A DNA stretch of 64,000 nucleotides from a virus: IMG/VR virus record IMGVR_UViG_3300023084_000004. The stretch is one strand, 5' to 3'. Every line of letters begins with the position of its first letter. The stretch's first letter is position 1. Position numbers and translations under genes: made by a program. Below the pieces are notes generated by a model that had not been told where the DNA came from, ran no database searches, and was given only the letters and a program-made list of their open reading frames with translations. Positions 18,325-28,530 of the stretch are shown here, one piece after another.

Positions 18325-19338
18325 ATGATTGATTTTACTGACATACAGTATGCGCAGACACTCGGTGGACGCTTAGACCAGTTTCGTATTAGGTCTACTA
18401 ATCCATATAAAATTAACTTCAGATGCCCTCTCTGTGGTGACTCACAAAAGTCACGAACAAAAGCAAGGGGTTGGCTGCTTGAGAAAGAAAACAATTTGTT
18501 CTACTATTGTCACAATTGTGGAGCAAGTCAATCCTTTTCCTACTTTCTTAAGACGGTTGACCCTCTTGCATTTAAAGACTATGTTTCTGAAAAATTTATC
18601 AATAAATACAAAACTAAAGACAAGCCTATACTTGAAGGAATCAAATTTGAAGCGCCTCAGTTTACTAACAATAGTACACTAAAAAAGATTAAAAAAATCT
18701 CACAATTGGCTTGGAATCATCCCGTAAAAACATATATAGATAAGAGGAAGATTCCTTCGAATCATCATTATCGTCTTTACTATGCGCCAAAATTTAAGGC
18801 ATGGATTAATGGTATAATACCAGATAAATTCTCGAATATAGACAAAGATGAACCTCGATTAGTGATACCTTTTCTTGATGAGAATAAAAAAATATTCGGA
18901 GTGTCGGCCAGAGGATTTGATCCCGCGGGCATAAGGTACATTACTATCATGTTTGATGATCGACCTAAAATCTTTGGATTAGATAAGGTTGACTTCAAAC
19001 GACCATATTATGTTGTGGAAGGTGCTTTAGATAGCATGTTCCTCAAAAATTCTGTTGCAATGGCAGGAGCGGAAGGAAATACATCAGCGCTCAAACATGC
19101 AAATGAAAATGCGATATTCGTTTTCGATGCGGAACCTCGAAATAAAGAGATTCATAAACGTATGGAAAAAATTATAGAACAGGGCTATAAAATTTGTATA
19201 TGGCCTAAAGATGTTCCAGGTAAGGACATCAATGAAATGTTTCTTAATGGTCTTAATAACGTTGAAACAATTATTAGTCAAAACGTTTATAAAGGTCTAG
19301 AAGCAAAACTGAAATTCACTGAATGGAGAAAATTATAA
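18325..19338 (+). CDS. gp61: DNA primase, T4 gp61 family
   Basis: NFRCPLCGDS...YYCHNC Zn ribbon; VVEGALDSMFL TOPRIM; VFDAEPRN. Confidence 0.95.
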   Translation: MIDFTDIQYAQTLGGRLDQFRIRSTNPYKINFRCPLCGDSQKSRTKARGWLLEKENNLFYYCHNCGASQSFSYFLKTVDPLAFKDYVSEKFINKYKTKDKPILEGIKFEAPQFTNNSTLKKIKKISQLAWNHPVKTYIDKRKIPSNHHYRLYYAPKFKAWINGIIPDKFSNIDKDEPRLVIPFLDENKKIFGVSARGFDPAGIRYITIMFDDRPKIFGLDKVDFKRPYYVVEGALDSMFLKNSVAMAGAEGNTSALKHANENAIFVFDAEPRNKEIHKRMEKIIEQGYKICIWPKDVPGKDINEMFLNGLNNVETIISQNVYKGLEAKLKFTEWRKL

Positions 19339-20024
19339 TGCATGCTAAGCTGATTAGCTATTCACAACCTTCTGAAGAAATCTTAAAGGAAGGTTTATCT
19401 AATGTACAAGACCTTATTGCATTTGCAGCAAGAGTCTCAAATCCTTCTAATCAATTTAACACTGAAACCAGTGAAAAACTTCTTAACTATCTTTCTAAAC
19501 ATAAACATTGGTCTCCATTTGAAATGGCAAGTGCATGTATAGAAGTTGAAACTACAAGAGATATCGCAAGACAGTTTTTACGTCATAGATCATTTTCATT
19601 TCAAGAGTTTAGTCAAAGATATGCAAATCCTGTAGAAGATTTAGAATTCGTTACAAGAGATGCAAGACTACAAGATCAGACTAACAGACAAAATAGTATA
19701 GATATAGATTCCAGTAATGAAAATCATAGACGAATTAATGAAAATTTTAGAATGAAGCAAATGGAATTTATAAGAAAATCAAAAGAATTATATAATTGGG
19801 CAATTGATCAAGGTATCGCTAAAGAACAAGCGCGGGCAGTTCTTCCTGAAGGACTTACCGTATCAAGATTATATGTTAATGGAACACTTCGATCATGGAT
19901 TCATTTCATTGAATTACGAAGTGGAAATGGAACTCAAAAAGAACACATGGAACTAGCCAGAGAAATCGCATGCGTTATTGCTAAGATTTTTCCTATGGTT
20001 GGAAACTACGTACAAGTACACTAG
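19338..20024 (+). CDS. thyX: Flavin-dependent thymidylate synthase
   Basis: KHKHWSPFE; RHRSFSFQEFSQRY ThyX motif; KEQARAVLP. Confidence 0.95.
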   Translation: MHAKLISYSQPSEEILKEGLSNVQDLIAFAARVSNPSNQFNTETSEKLLNYLSKHKHWSPFEMASACIEVETTRDIARQFLRHRSFSFQEFSQRYANPVEDLEFVTRDARLQDQTNRQNSIDIDSSNENHRRINENFRMKQMEFIRKSKELYNWAIDQGIAKEQARAVLPEGLTVSRLYVNGTLRSWIHFIELRSGNGTQKEHMELAREIACVIAKIFPMVGNYVQVH

Positions 20025-20033
20025 GAGAATTAA

Positions 20034-21824
20034 ATGCAGCATTTAGGCATAGAAATCGACAGTAAAAGAGATAAAATATTGTCAGAGCAGTCTTTTAAAT
20101 TATTGAAAGACTATTATTGTAGAGAAGACGAAAAGTCACCTCAACACGCTTTTGCTCGAGCGGCTGTTGCTTTTTGTGGTAATAATTTAAATTTAGCACA
20201 ACGAATCTATGATTATGTTTCTAAAGGCTGGTTTATGTATGCTTCTCCTGTCCTCTCGAATGCCCCAATTAAAGGAGAAGAGGTAAAGGCATTACCTATT
20301 AGTTGTTTCCTTACCTATGTTCCAGACACACTAGAAGGTCTTATAGATCATACTGCTGAACTACGCTGGTTATCAGTGAAAGGTGGTGGTGTTGGTGGAC
20401 ATTGGAACGATATTCGTGCCGTTTCAAAGAAAGCTCCAGGACCTATGCCTTTTTTACATACAGTTGATGCTGATATGGTTGCATATCGTCAAGGTCGTAC
20501 AAGAAAAGGTTCATACGCGGCATATATGGATGTCGATCATCCTGATATAGTAGAATTTGTAAATATGCGTATTCCTACAGGTGATGTTAATCGTAAATGC
20601 CTTAATTTGCATCACGCTGTTAATATTACAGATAAGTTTATGGAAGCTGTTGAAAAAGGCGAGGATTGGAATTTATTAGATCCTAACGATAAATCAGTAC
20701 GTGATACAATGAAAGCTCGCAAACTATGGGAACATATTCTTGAAACAAGATATAGAACAGGTGAACCATATCTTAATTTTATTGATACTGCAAATCGTGC
20801 TTTACCTCAAACACAAAAAGATTTAGGTTTTACAATTAAAGGATCTAATTTATGTAATGAAATCCATCTCGTAACTAATGAAGAAAGAACTGCTGTGTGT
20901 TGTTTATCTTCAGTTAATTTAGAAATGTATGATGAGTGGAAAGATACAAATATGGTTAAAGACCTTATTGTATTTTTAGATAATGTATTACAGTTCTTTA
21001 TTGATCATGCAGGAGATGAAATTTCAAAAGCACGTTATAGTGCGCAACAAGAAAGATCATTAGGTTTAGGTGCGATGGGATTACATTCATTTTTCCAAAA
21101 ACATAATATTCCTTTTGAAAGTCAAGAAGCCGTAGCAGTTAATGATGAAATTTTTGAATACATTAAGCAACGTGCAGTCGAAGCAACAATGACTATGGGC
21201 AAACAACGCGGTGAAGCTCCTGATATGAAAGGTACAGGAAGACGTAATGCTCATATGTTAGCAATTGCTCCAAATGCAAATAGTTCTATGATTGTAAATA
21301 CAAGCCCAAGTATTGAACCTTGGAAAGCAAATGCATTTACTTCAAGAACAAGAGTAGGATCTCATCTAAATAAAAATCCATATCTTGAAAAAGTATTAGA
21401 AGAATTAGGCAAAAATACTGATGATGTATGGAGTTCCATTATTACAAATGGAGGAAGTGTTCAACACCTTGATTTTCTAGATGATCATCTTAAATCTGTA
21501 TTTAAGACAGCAATTGAATTAGATCAACATGTATTGATTAAGTTAGCAGGAGATCGTCAAAGATATCTATGCCAAGGTCAATCATTAAATATTTTCTTCC
21601 CTGCAGGTGCAGATAAAAAATATCTCCATTCAGTACATTATCAAGCATGGAAGCAAGGTTGTAAAGGATTATATTATTTAAGAACAGAGACATCTAATAG
21701 AGCAGAAAACGTGGCTGAGAAAATCAAGCGCGAAAAGTTAGATGATATTATTAACCCAAACGCAATTAATTTCAGCAACGGTACGGAGGAACAGCAGGAT
21801 GATTGCATCAACTGCCAAGGATAA
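20034..21824 (+). CDS. nrdA: Ribonucleotide reductase class Ia alpha subunit (no obvious ATP cone)
   Basis: GSNLCNEI, AIAPNANSS, GLYYLR, C-terminal CINC. Confidence 0.95.
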   Translation: MQHLGIEIDSKRDKILSEQSFKLLKDYYCREDEKSPQHAFARAAVAFCGNNLNLAQRIYDYVSKGWFMYASPVLSNAPIKGEEVKALPISCFLTYVPDTLEGLIDHTAELRWLSVKGGGVGGHWNDIRAVSKKAPGPMPFLHTVDADMVAYRQGRTRKGSYAAYMDVDHPDIVEFVNMRIPTGDVNRKCLNLHHAVNITDKFMEAVEKGEDWNLLDPNDKSVRDTMKARKLWEHILETRYRTGEPYLNFIDTANRALPQTQKDLGFTIKGSNLCNEIHLVTNEERTAVCCLSSVNLEMYDEWKDTNMVKDLIVFLDNVLQFFIDHAGDEISKARYSAQQERSLGLGAMGLHSFFQKHNIPFESQEAVAVNDEIFEYIKQRAVEATMTMGKQRGEAPDMKGTGRRNAHMLAIAPNANSSMIVNTSPSIEPWKANAFTSRTRVGSHLNKNPYLEKVLEELGKNTDDVWSSIITNGGSVQHLDFLDDHLKSVFKTAIELDQHVLIKLAGDRQRYLCQGQSLNIFFPAGADKKYLHSVHYQAWKQGCKGLYYLRTETSNRAENVAEKIKREKLDDIINPNAINFSNGTEEQQDDCINCQG

Positions 21825-21828
21825 GAAA

Positions 21829-23034
21829 ATGGAAGTTTTAATTTATACTAAATCAAATTGCCCTTTCTGCGAAAAGGCAAAGGCTTGGTTTACACAACAT
21901 GGATTTGGTTATACACAAATCGTTTTAGATGATGAGGAACAAAGACTCGCGTTTTATCAAAAGCACAGTAATGGTAAAGCAATAAGATCTGTACCACAGA
22001 TTTGGATTGATGATAAACATATTGGAACATATAACGATTTAATGGCAATTGCTGATACTCTTGTAAAGAAACAAGGTGGCCTTATGGAATTTAGTGAAAC
22101 ATATAAACCATTTCACTATCCTTGGGCTGTCGATATTACAACAAGACATGAAAAAGCACATTGGATTGAAGATGAATTAGATTTATCAGAAGATGTGTCT
22201 GATTGGAAAGGTGGAAAAATCATTCCAATCGAAAAAGAATATATTACAAATATCTTAAGATTGTTTACTCAGTCTGATGTTGCTGTAGGTCAAAACTATT
22301 ATGATCAATTTATTCCTAAGTTTAAGAATAATGAAATTCGTAATATGTTAGGTTCGTTTGCTGCTCGAGAAGGTATTCACCAAAGAGCGTATGCATTATT
22401 AAATGAAACTCTTGGATTACCTGATAGTGAATATCATGCATTCTTAGAATATTCAGAAATGGCAGATAAGATTGAATATATGCGTAAGGCAGATACAAAT
22501 ACTTTACGTGGTCTTGGGTTATCTCTCGCTAAATCTGTATTTAATGAAGGTGTTGCTCTCTTTGCATCTTTCGTTATGTTACTTAACTTTCAACGTTTCG
22601 GTAAAATGAAAGGTATGGGTAAAGTTGTTGAATGGTCTATTCGTGATGAGTCTATTCACGTTGAAGGCAATTCAAAACTATTTAAAGCTTTTTGTAAAGA
22701 ACATAGTCGTATTGTTGATAATGATTTCAAACGAGAAATTTATGAAATGTCAAAAGATATTGTAGATCTTGAAGATAAGTTTATTGATCTTGCATATGAG
22801 ATGGGAGAAATCGATGGTCTCCAAAAATCTGAAGTAAAACAATATATAAGATATATTACAGACAGAAGGCTGCTTCAGCTTGGTATGAAAACTAACTTTA
22901 AGGTAAAAGAAAATCCATTACCTTGGTTAGAGTGGGTTCTAAATGGAGCTGATCATACAAACTTCTTCGAAAACCGTGTAACTGAATATGAAGTTGCTGG
23001 CTTATCAGGAAATTGGGACGAAGCTTACGCCTAA
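21829..23034 (+). CDS. nrdB: Glutaredoxin fused to ribonucleotide reductase class Ia beta subunit
   Basis: N-terminal CPFC...SVPQIWID glutaredoxin, then HW..DE, E..H and RDE..H di-iron motifs, NFFE tail; start moved to ATG 21829. Confidence 0.93.
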   Translation: MEVLIYTKSNCPFCEKAKAWFTQHGFGYTQIVLDDEEQRLAFYQKHSNGKAIRSVPQIWIDDKHIGTYNDLMAIADTLVKKQGGLMEFSETYKPFHYPWAVDITTRHEKAHWIEDELDLSEDVSDWKGGKIIPIEKEYITNILRLFTQSDVAVGQNYYDQFIPKFKNNEIRNMLGSFAAREGIHQRAYALLNETLGLPDSEYHAFLEYSEMADKIEYMRKADTNTLRGLGLSLAKSVFNEGVALFASFVMLLNFQRFGKMKGMGKVVEWSIRDESIHVEGNSKLFKAFCKEHSRIVDNDFKREIYEMSKDIVDLEDKFIDLAYEMGEIDGLQKSEVKQYIRYITDRRLLQLGMKTNFKVKENPLPWLEWVLNGADHTNFFENRVTEYEVAGLSGNWDEAYA

Positions 23035-23044
23035 AAGGTGAGCG

Positions 23045-24253
23045 ATGATTGACAAAAATTATTTTCAAGATGTAATCGATACTCTTAAGCACGAAGGTAA
23101 GTATCGTGTTTTTAATGATATAGTACGAGAAAAAGGCAATTTTCCTAAAGCAACTTGGTATGGCAAATACTCTCCCAAGTCTATAGTTAATTGGTGTTCG
23201 AATGACTATCTTTGCATGGGTCAAAATCAATTTGTTATTGATGCCATGCAAACTGCATTAGATAAAACTGGAAGTGGTAGTGGAGGTACACGTAATATTG
23301 GTGGTACTTCTCATTTTCACGTAACACTCGAAAAAACTCTTGCACAATTGCATCAAAAAGAATCTGGACTTCTATTCACTTCTGCTTATGTAGCAAATGA
23401 ATGGACAATGATTGCTTTGTCTCGTATTATTCCAAATATTTGTTTTGTTTCTGATAATAAAAATCATGCATCTATTATTATGGGAATTAAACATTCTCGA
23501 GCTAATAAGATTATTTGGGAACACAATAATATGGAAGAGCTAGAATTGGCATTACAAACATGTCAAATGGCTGGTCAAACACCATGTATTGTATTTGAAA
23601 GCGTCTATAGTATGGACGGTGATATTGCACCTATCAAGAAAATTTGTGACCTCGCAGACAAATATAATGCAATTACATATATTGATGAAGTACATGCGGT
23701 TGGTTTATATGGAATAACAGGAGCAGGATATTGTGAAAAACTCGGACTCTCAGACAGAATCGACATCATCAACGGAACATTGGGTAAAGCGTTTGGCTGC
23801 CAAGGTGGATATATCGCCGGTGATGGAATTGTTCTTGATGCTATTCGTTCCGTTGCTTCTGGTTTTATATTTACTACTAGCATATCTCCGGTAATGTGTG
23901 CAGGAGCAATTGCTTCTATAAGATATTTACAGGAACATCATGAGTTAAGAGAACAACATCAAGAAAGAGCTCAAACACTGCGTGAACTTTTTATAGATAA
24001 TAATATAGAAGTACATGAAGCTTCTACAACGCATATTCTTCCCGTAATGGTAAGAAATGCAAAAGCATGTAAAGCAATGTCAGATAGGTTATTAAACGAT
24101 TATGGAATTTATATTCAACCAATTAATTATCCAACAGTCGATGTTGGTACTGAACGGCTTAGAATTACACCAACACCATTACACACCAATGGTATGATGG
24201 AGGATCTAGTTATTGCGTTAAGAAAAACGTTTAAACAAGAATTACAATTATGA
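23045..24253 (+). CDS. hemA: 5-aminolevulinate synthase (C4/Shemin pathway)
   Basis: [68 protein letters not shown]. Confidence 0.93.
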   Translation: MIDKNYFQDVIDTLKHEGKYRVFNDIVREKGNFPKATWYGKYSPKSIVNWCSNDYLCMGQNQFVIDAMQTALDKTGSGSGGTRNIGGTSHFHVTLEKTLAQLHQKESGLLFTSAYVANEWTMIALSRIIPNICFVSDNKNHASIIMGIKHSRANKIIWEHNNMEELELALQTCQMAGQTPCIVFESVYSMDGDIAPIKKICDLADKYNAITYIDEVHAVGLYGITGAGYCEKLGLSDRIDIINGTLGKAFGCQGGYIAGDGIVLDAIRSVASGFIFTTSISPVMCAGAIASIRYLQEHHELREQHQERAQTLRELFIDNNIEVHEASTTHILPVMVRNAKACKAMSDRLLNDYGIYIQPINYPTVDVGTERLRITPTPLHTNGMMEDLVIALRKTFKQELQL

Positions 24254-25074
24254 AATGGTTAACACTTTTCACTTCACTTACACTCGCAGGTACCGCTGCG
24301 TATTTTAGTATTATTGGTCTTATGACAATATTTAGTGGTGCTGCCTTATCAATTGCTTTTATGGCGAGTGTTTTAGAATTTGGTAAAATCGTATCAGCCG
24401 CATGGTTGCATTACGAATGGGATAGAATTAATAATTTAATAAGAGCATATTTTACTACAGCAGTACTGGTACTTATGCTCATTACAAGTATGGGTATTTT
24501 CGGATACTTATCAAAAGCACATATCGATAGTTCATTGACTTCAGATAGCTATTCACTTGAAGCAAGCATTGTTGATAAAAGATTAGAAGGAAAACAATTA
24601 CAGCTCAATAATTTAACAGGAAGATTAGAAAATTTAGATTATGTTCTTCAAACAAGTAGACCTGAAGATAGAAATTATGTGAACAGAGTACAAACAGAAG
24701 AACGAAATGAAATTAATGCGGAGATAGATATATTAGTTTCAGAAATAGTCTCTTTAAACGAACAAAAAATGCCTATTCAAAAACTTCAACTTGAACAAGA
24801 AGCTGAATTAGGCCCAGTAAAATATATTGCAGATATGATTTACGGAGAAGAAGCAGCATCGTATTATGACAACGCAGTACGATGGGTTATTCTTACAATC
24901 ATATTTGTATTTGATCCTCTTGCGATTATGTTGTTGATAGTTTCAACAGCAGCATTTAAAAGAGATCGTGAACGCCCTGCGAAACCTTTGGTTGACGAAA
25001 AACAAATAATGAATATGGAAATCGAAGAAAAACGTGGTGGATTAACAACAACAATGAGTAGGAGACCGATATAA
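24250..25074 (+). CDS. Multi-pass membrane protein with coiled-coil loop
   Basis: Three N-terminal TM segments, coiled coil, [20 protein letters not shown]. Confidence 0.75.
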   Translation: MKWLTLFTSLTLAGTAAYFSIIGLMTIFSGAALSIAFMASVLEFGKIVSAAWLHYEWDRINNLIRAYFTTAVLVLMLITSMGIFGYLSKAHIDSSLTSDSYSLEASIVDKRLEGKQLQLNNLTGRLENLDYVLQTSRPEDRNYVNRVQTEERNEINAEIDILVSEIVSLNEQKMPIQKLQLEQEAELGPVKYIADMIYGEEAASYYDNAVRWVILTIIFVFDPLAIMLLIVSTAAFKRDRERPAKPLVDEKQIMNMEIEEKRGGLTTTMSRRPI

Positions 25075-25490
25075 TGAATTTGAAAAAAGCGGGTTGGCTG
25101 GGTTTAGGATTTTTAAGTTTAGGAGTAGCATACATTGGAGTCGTAATGCCAGGAATACCTTTTAGTATTCCAGCAGTATTTGCAGCATATTGTTTTGCAA
25201 AGAGTTCAGATAAAATGCATGCATGGTTATACAATCATAAATTGTTTGGACCATTCCTTACAAACTGGGAACAGAAAAAAGTGTTTCCACTTAAAGCAAA
25301 ATATGCTATGGTAAGCTTTATGACATTAGCATTAATTATCATGTGGTTCACCACAGGTAATATTAAAGCTTTAATGTGGTCGGGAGCCTTTATGGCATTT
25401 GGTGCATGGTGGGGTTGGCAATATCCGTCAAGTCCAGAAGAATATGATCAAAGAGTTAAAGAAGGCAAAAAGATAGGTCTATTTAAGTAA
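25074..25490 (+). CDS. ybaN: YbaN/DUF454 family membrane protein
   Basis: GVVMPGIP...A.YCFAKSS...WL.NHKLFGP...W...P.KAK. Confidence 0.8.
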   Translation: MNLKKAGWLGLGFLSLGVAYIGVVMPGIPFSIPAVFAAYCFAKSSDKMHAWLYNHKLFGPFLTNWEQKKVFPLKAKYAMVSFMTLALIIMWFTTGNIKALMWSGAFMAFGAWWGWQYPSSPEEYDQRVKEGKKIGLFK

Positions 25491-25504
25491 CAAGGAGAAA
25501 CGTC

Positions 25505-25729
25505 ATGCCTGAAGAACATTTCAGAGAACCTGGTAAGTTACCTGGTAAGATGACACCTTATGAATTTTACAAAGCATTACATAGAATGCATTATGCTCAT
25601 CGAATTGCCGATGAATTAGAAACACTCGACCAAATCGATGCAGTAGTTGATATGATGGATGATTATCCTGAAGCAGAATTTATAATTCAAAAAATATTAA
25701 GGAGATTATATAATGACAGACATTTTTGA
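25505..25729 (+). CDS. Hypothetical protein
   Basis: AGGAG RBS; 74 aa. Confidence 0.7.
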   Translation: MPEEHFREPGKLPGKMTPYEFYKALHRMHYAHRIADELETLDQIDAVVDMMDDYPEAEFIIQKILRRLYNDRHF

Positions 25730-25901
25730 AAGTCCTGATAAAGGAAAAACTGTTTATAAGCGGCCATTTGGTGCACCATACACAGAACGTGTTTTAGTAG
25801 AAACAAAAAGGCCAATTACAAATAATCGAGAAATTGAAAGCGGTAATGAGTTTGAATCAGCTCGCAACCAAAGTAAAACTTGGAGCATGGAGCAAGACTA
25901 A
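25713..25901 (+). CDS. Hypothetical protein
   Basis: IFESPDKGKTVYKRPFG motif; GGAG RBS. Confidence 0.7.
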   Translation: MTDIFESPDKGKTVYKRPFGAPYTERVLVETKRPITNNREIESGNEFESARNQSKTWSMEQD

Positions 25902-26022
25902 ATTGATAATTGATTACGAGAGAAAATCTTTTCGTAAAGATTTATTATTTGTTTGTTCTATTGGATTAAATATAGGGTTTATATTAGGTATCCTATACAT
26001 TTTATAATTATTGGAGTATATT

Positions 26023-26394
26023 ATGAAAGACAAATACGTTAAGGTCGATTTGATATCTTCTTTTCGACAAAGCTACATAATTCCTTATGAAGCTCTACAA
26101 GAAATGAACGAAAAGGTTCGTTTAACAGACGAGCTCGCTATGCAGTGGGCAGAAGAAAGTGTTATGTGTGAAGAAGTAAAAGAATTTTCCCAGAAATGGA
26201 TTGGTGAAAATGTTGTTGATGTAGATATCATCAATACAGAAAAAGCTTTAGAATTATTTAAAAGAGATAATAAGGTTTTATCAGAAGAGTGGAGTACTTC
26301 TAAACAATTAGACTATATCAATAATTGGAAAGATCCACTTAAAGATAAAATAAAAAAACCATCAGAAGAGAATGAGAAAAGAAGAACTGATTGA
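26023..26394 (+). CDS. Hypothetical protein
   Basis: GGAG RBS before ATG 26023. Confidence 0.7.
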   Translation: MKDKYVKVDLISSFRQSYIIPYEALQEMNEKVRLTDELAMQWAEESVMCEEVKEFSQKWIGENVVDVDIINTEKALELFKRDNKVLSEEWSTSKQLDYINNWKDPLKDKIKKPSEENEKRRTD

Positions 26395-26611
26395 ATTAAT
26401 CAACAACTTACATCCTGAAGATACAACAGGAGAACTAACAGGAGTATTCATTGGACGACATGGAGAAACTATTACTACCGATAGTATTCGCATTGATATG
26501 GACGGTGGTCGTGTTATACTTGCTCAAAAAGGAAGTGGAGAAGCGGAGACAAATAAAAGGAATTGGGAAAGAGAATTGGAGTTTGTTAGAAATGGCAGGA
26601 AAAGGAAGTAG
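26372..26611 (+). CDS. Hypothetical protein
   Basis: 79-aa ORF in operon. Confidence 0.65.
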   Translation: MRKEELIELINNLHPEDTTGELTGVFIGRHGETITTDSIRIDMDGGRVILAQKGSGEAETNKRNWERELEFVRNGRKRK

Positions 26612-26786
26612 ACCTAGACCTATACCAAATAGAGAAAAGTTTGAATCAGAATGGGATCGTATCTTTGGTAAGAATAAACCAAGTCATGATGCAATGGAAG
26701 TTGTTCATACAGTAGATTCCCGATTTGCACACCCAGCTTATACAAGATATCCTCATCTAAAAGAAAAAGAGGAAAATCAAGAGTGA
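26592..26786 (+). CDS. Hypothetical protein (MAGKGSRPRP...WDRIFGK)
   Basis: Start moved to ATG 26592 behind a GGAG RBS. Confidence 0.65.
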   Translation: MAGKGSRPRPIPNREKFESEWDRIFGKNKPSHDAMEVVHTVDSRFAHPAYTRYPHLKEKEENQE

Positions 26787-27025
26787 TAGTTACGATATAT
26801 GGTACCTCAAGCTGTGGTGCTTGTATTTCTGCAATGGAATTGTGTAAAAAGAAAGGCGTAAAATTTAGTTACAAAGATATTGGAATTAGTAAATATTATA
26901 TTGAACTACAAGAACATTTAGTAGGTACAGATATAGAAATGACAAAAATTCCTCACATAATGGTTGACAAACGCTACATTGGATGTTATAATAGACTCAA
27001 AGAATTTTTTTGGGAGTTAGTATAA
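26783..27025 (+). CDS. Glutaredoxin-like protein
   Basis: CGAC active site; KIPHIMVD..YIG. Confidence 0.75.
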   Translation: MIVTIYGTSSCGACISAMELCKKKGVKFSYKDIGISKYYIELQEHLVGTDIEMTKIPHIMVDKRYIGCYNRLKEFFWELV

Positions 27026-27306
27026 TGGGAAAGTGGCCTAAATCAGAACCTTGGCACGGAGGCGAAAGAAAGCATTGGAAATTTGATAATGGATATGAAA
27101 TTTCTTTAGTAAGATTTAAAGGTTCCTATGGTTATGCAGATAGGTTATGGGAACTTGCAATTATGTATGATGGTTTATTTGTAGATCCGCCTGCAGATAG
27201 AATGGAAAATATATTAGATGACTACCATAGAGCCGATGAAGGCATTTACGGGTGGTTAAAAGATCCTGATGCGGACAGGATTATAGAAATGGTAAGGAGA
27301 CTATGA
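27025..27306 (+). CDS. Hypothetical protein
   Basis: FDNGYEISLV...SYG....WELA motif; internal promoter TTGACA 26964 / TATAAT 26987 upstream. Confidence 0.65.
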   Translation: MGKWPKSEPWHGGERKHWKFDNGYEISLVRFKGSYGYADRLWELAIMYDGLFVDPPADRMENILDDYHRADEGIYGWLKDPDADRIIEMVRRL

Positions 27307-27518
27307 TGCCAATTAAAATAGGCAAATCGGCCAGGAAGGTCATAAGAGGAGCTGCAAGACCAAGTTTTGAATATACGCATGATTATATCAAAGAACATAC
27401 AACTGCAGATCTTATTGAAATGTATAATGGAAATACAATTCCAAAAAAGAAAAGAAAAATCAAAGTAGAGCTTGAAAGAAGAAATAAACTTGGAAAAGCA
27501 AACGTTGTTTTTAATTAA
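27303..27518 (+). CDS. Hypothetical basic protein
   Basis: 71 aa; GGAG RBS. Confidence 0.65.
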   Translation: MMPIKIGKSARKVIRGAARPSFEYTHDYIKEHTTADLIEMYNGNTIPKKKRKIKVELERRNKLGKANVVFN

Positions 27519-27536
27519 TTTTGTATATATAAGTGA

Positions 27537-27728
27537 ATGGATAATTTAATCGATAAAATCAATCTTTGGATATGGAACTTCCTCATTTGGTTTGGTGTAG
27601 GGTTTGCAGCGTTCATGGTTTGTTTTGGAATATATTCAATGATAACTTCTGAAGATAAAATAGTCGGTTATACATATCATGGAACACCAATATATTCAAG
27701 TGAGGTAGATGATGGCAGCGAAAAGTAG
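27537..27728 (+). CDS. Small membrane protein
   Basis: One TM helix. Confidence 0.6.
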   Translation: MDNLIDKINLWIWNFLIWFGVGFAAFMVCFGIYSMITSEDKIVGYTYHGTPIYSSEVDDGSEK

Positions 27729-27855
27729 TGCATTTCAATCAAAACATACACCTATTAAAAAAGGTACATCTATAGGAAATAGACCCAAAAGTCGCGCGAC
27801 TATGAATAAAGCTAAAAAAAGAAGCTTTAAGAAATATCGCGGCCAAGGTAGATGA
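27712..27855 (+). CDS. Small basic protein ending KKYRGQGR (not in ORF track)
   Basis: MAAKSSAFQSKHTPIKKGTSIG...RSFKKYRGQGR; GAGGT RBS. Confidence 0.7.
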   Translation: MAAKSSAFQSKHTPIKKGTSIGNRPKSRATMNKAKKRSFKKYRGQGR

Positions 27856-28439
27856 AAGCTCTTATTTTAGGTAATGGAGAATCTCGAAAGGGATTTGATT
27901 ATAGAAAAGAATATCCAAATGCATTCGTATATGGATGTAATGGTGCATATAAAGAAGAACCTGATGCACTTATTGTAACAGATATCGCAATGCAACAAAT
28001 AGTATACGACACCGGATATTGTAAAAATCACGTATGCTATTTCTCTCAGTGGAATCCTATTCCTGGAGACCTCGTAGAAAATCTTATAGAATCATTAGAT
28101 AAACCTATATCTCAAACCTCAAGAGGTAATAGAGATTTAGCAGTAGTTAATGGTGATGAAAAAAATACTTATATTACTTGGATTGATGACGAAGATGAAG
28201 TTGTCAGCGTAGAAGATGTGTCAATTTCTTCTGGAAGTCGTGCTTTATTAATAGCCTGTGAAGATGGAAGATTTGATGAAATCATTTTAATAGGTTTTGA
28301 TGGTATGGGAGCACGTAATTATTATCAAGACGATCCAGGTTATGAAAATTCAACACCACGAGATATATGGATAAAAGAAAGAATGATCATAAAAGGTTTA
28401 CATTCACACATAAAATTTCATGAAATTAACACCTTATAA
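27852..28439 (+). CDS. Rossmann-like protein (GT29/DUF115-like)
   Basis: ALILGNGESR..YGCNG..PDALIVTD..SSGS..LIGFD. Confidence 0.55.
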   Translation: MKALILGNGESRKGFDYRKEYPNAFVYGCNGAYKEEPDALIVTDIAMQQIVYDTGYCKNHVCYFSQWNPIPGDLVENLIESLDKPISQTSRGNRDLAVVNGDEKNTYITWIDDEDEVVSVEDVSISSGSRALLIACEDGRFDEIILIGFDGMGARNYYQDDPGYENSTPRDIWIKERMIIKGLHSHIKFHEINTL

Positions 28440-28530
28440 TAGATTGAGATCAGCAGCATACGGAGAAGGCAAAAGGTACTTTCGGTGGTGGTTACAATGG
28501 ACCGGAAGAAGATAGAAGATAAATAACCGT

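Noticed and set aside
18325-23034. Introns, inteins or homing endonucleases in primase, thyX, nrdA or nrdB
   Set aside because: All frames are continuous, of normal length and without intein or HNH/LAGLIDADG motifs.
26451-26591. Hydrophobic N-terminal extension of the MAGKGSRPRP ORF
   Set aside because: Lies wholly inside the 26372-26611 gene in another frame; ATG 26592 has its own RBS, so the extension is probably an artefact.
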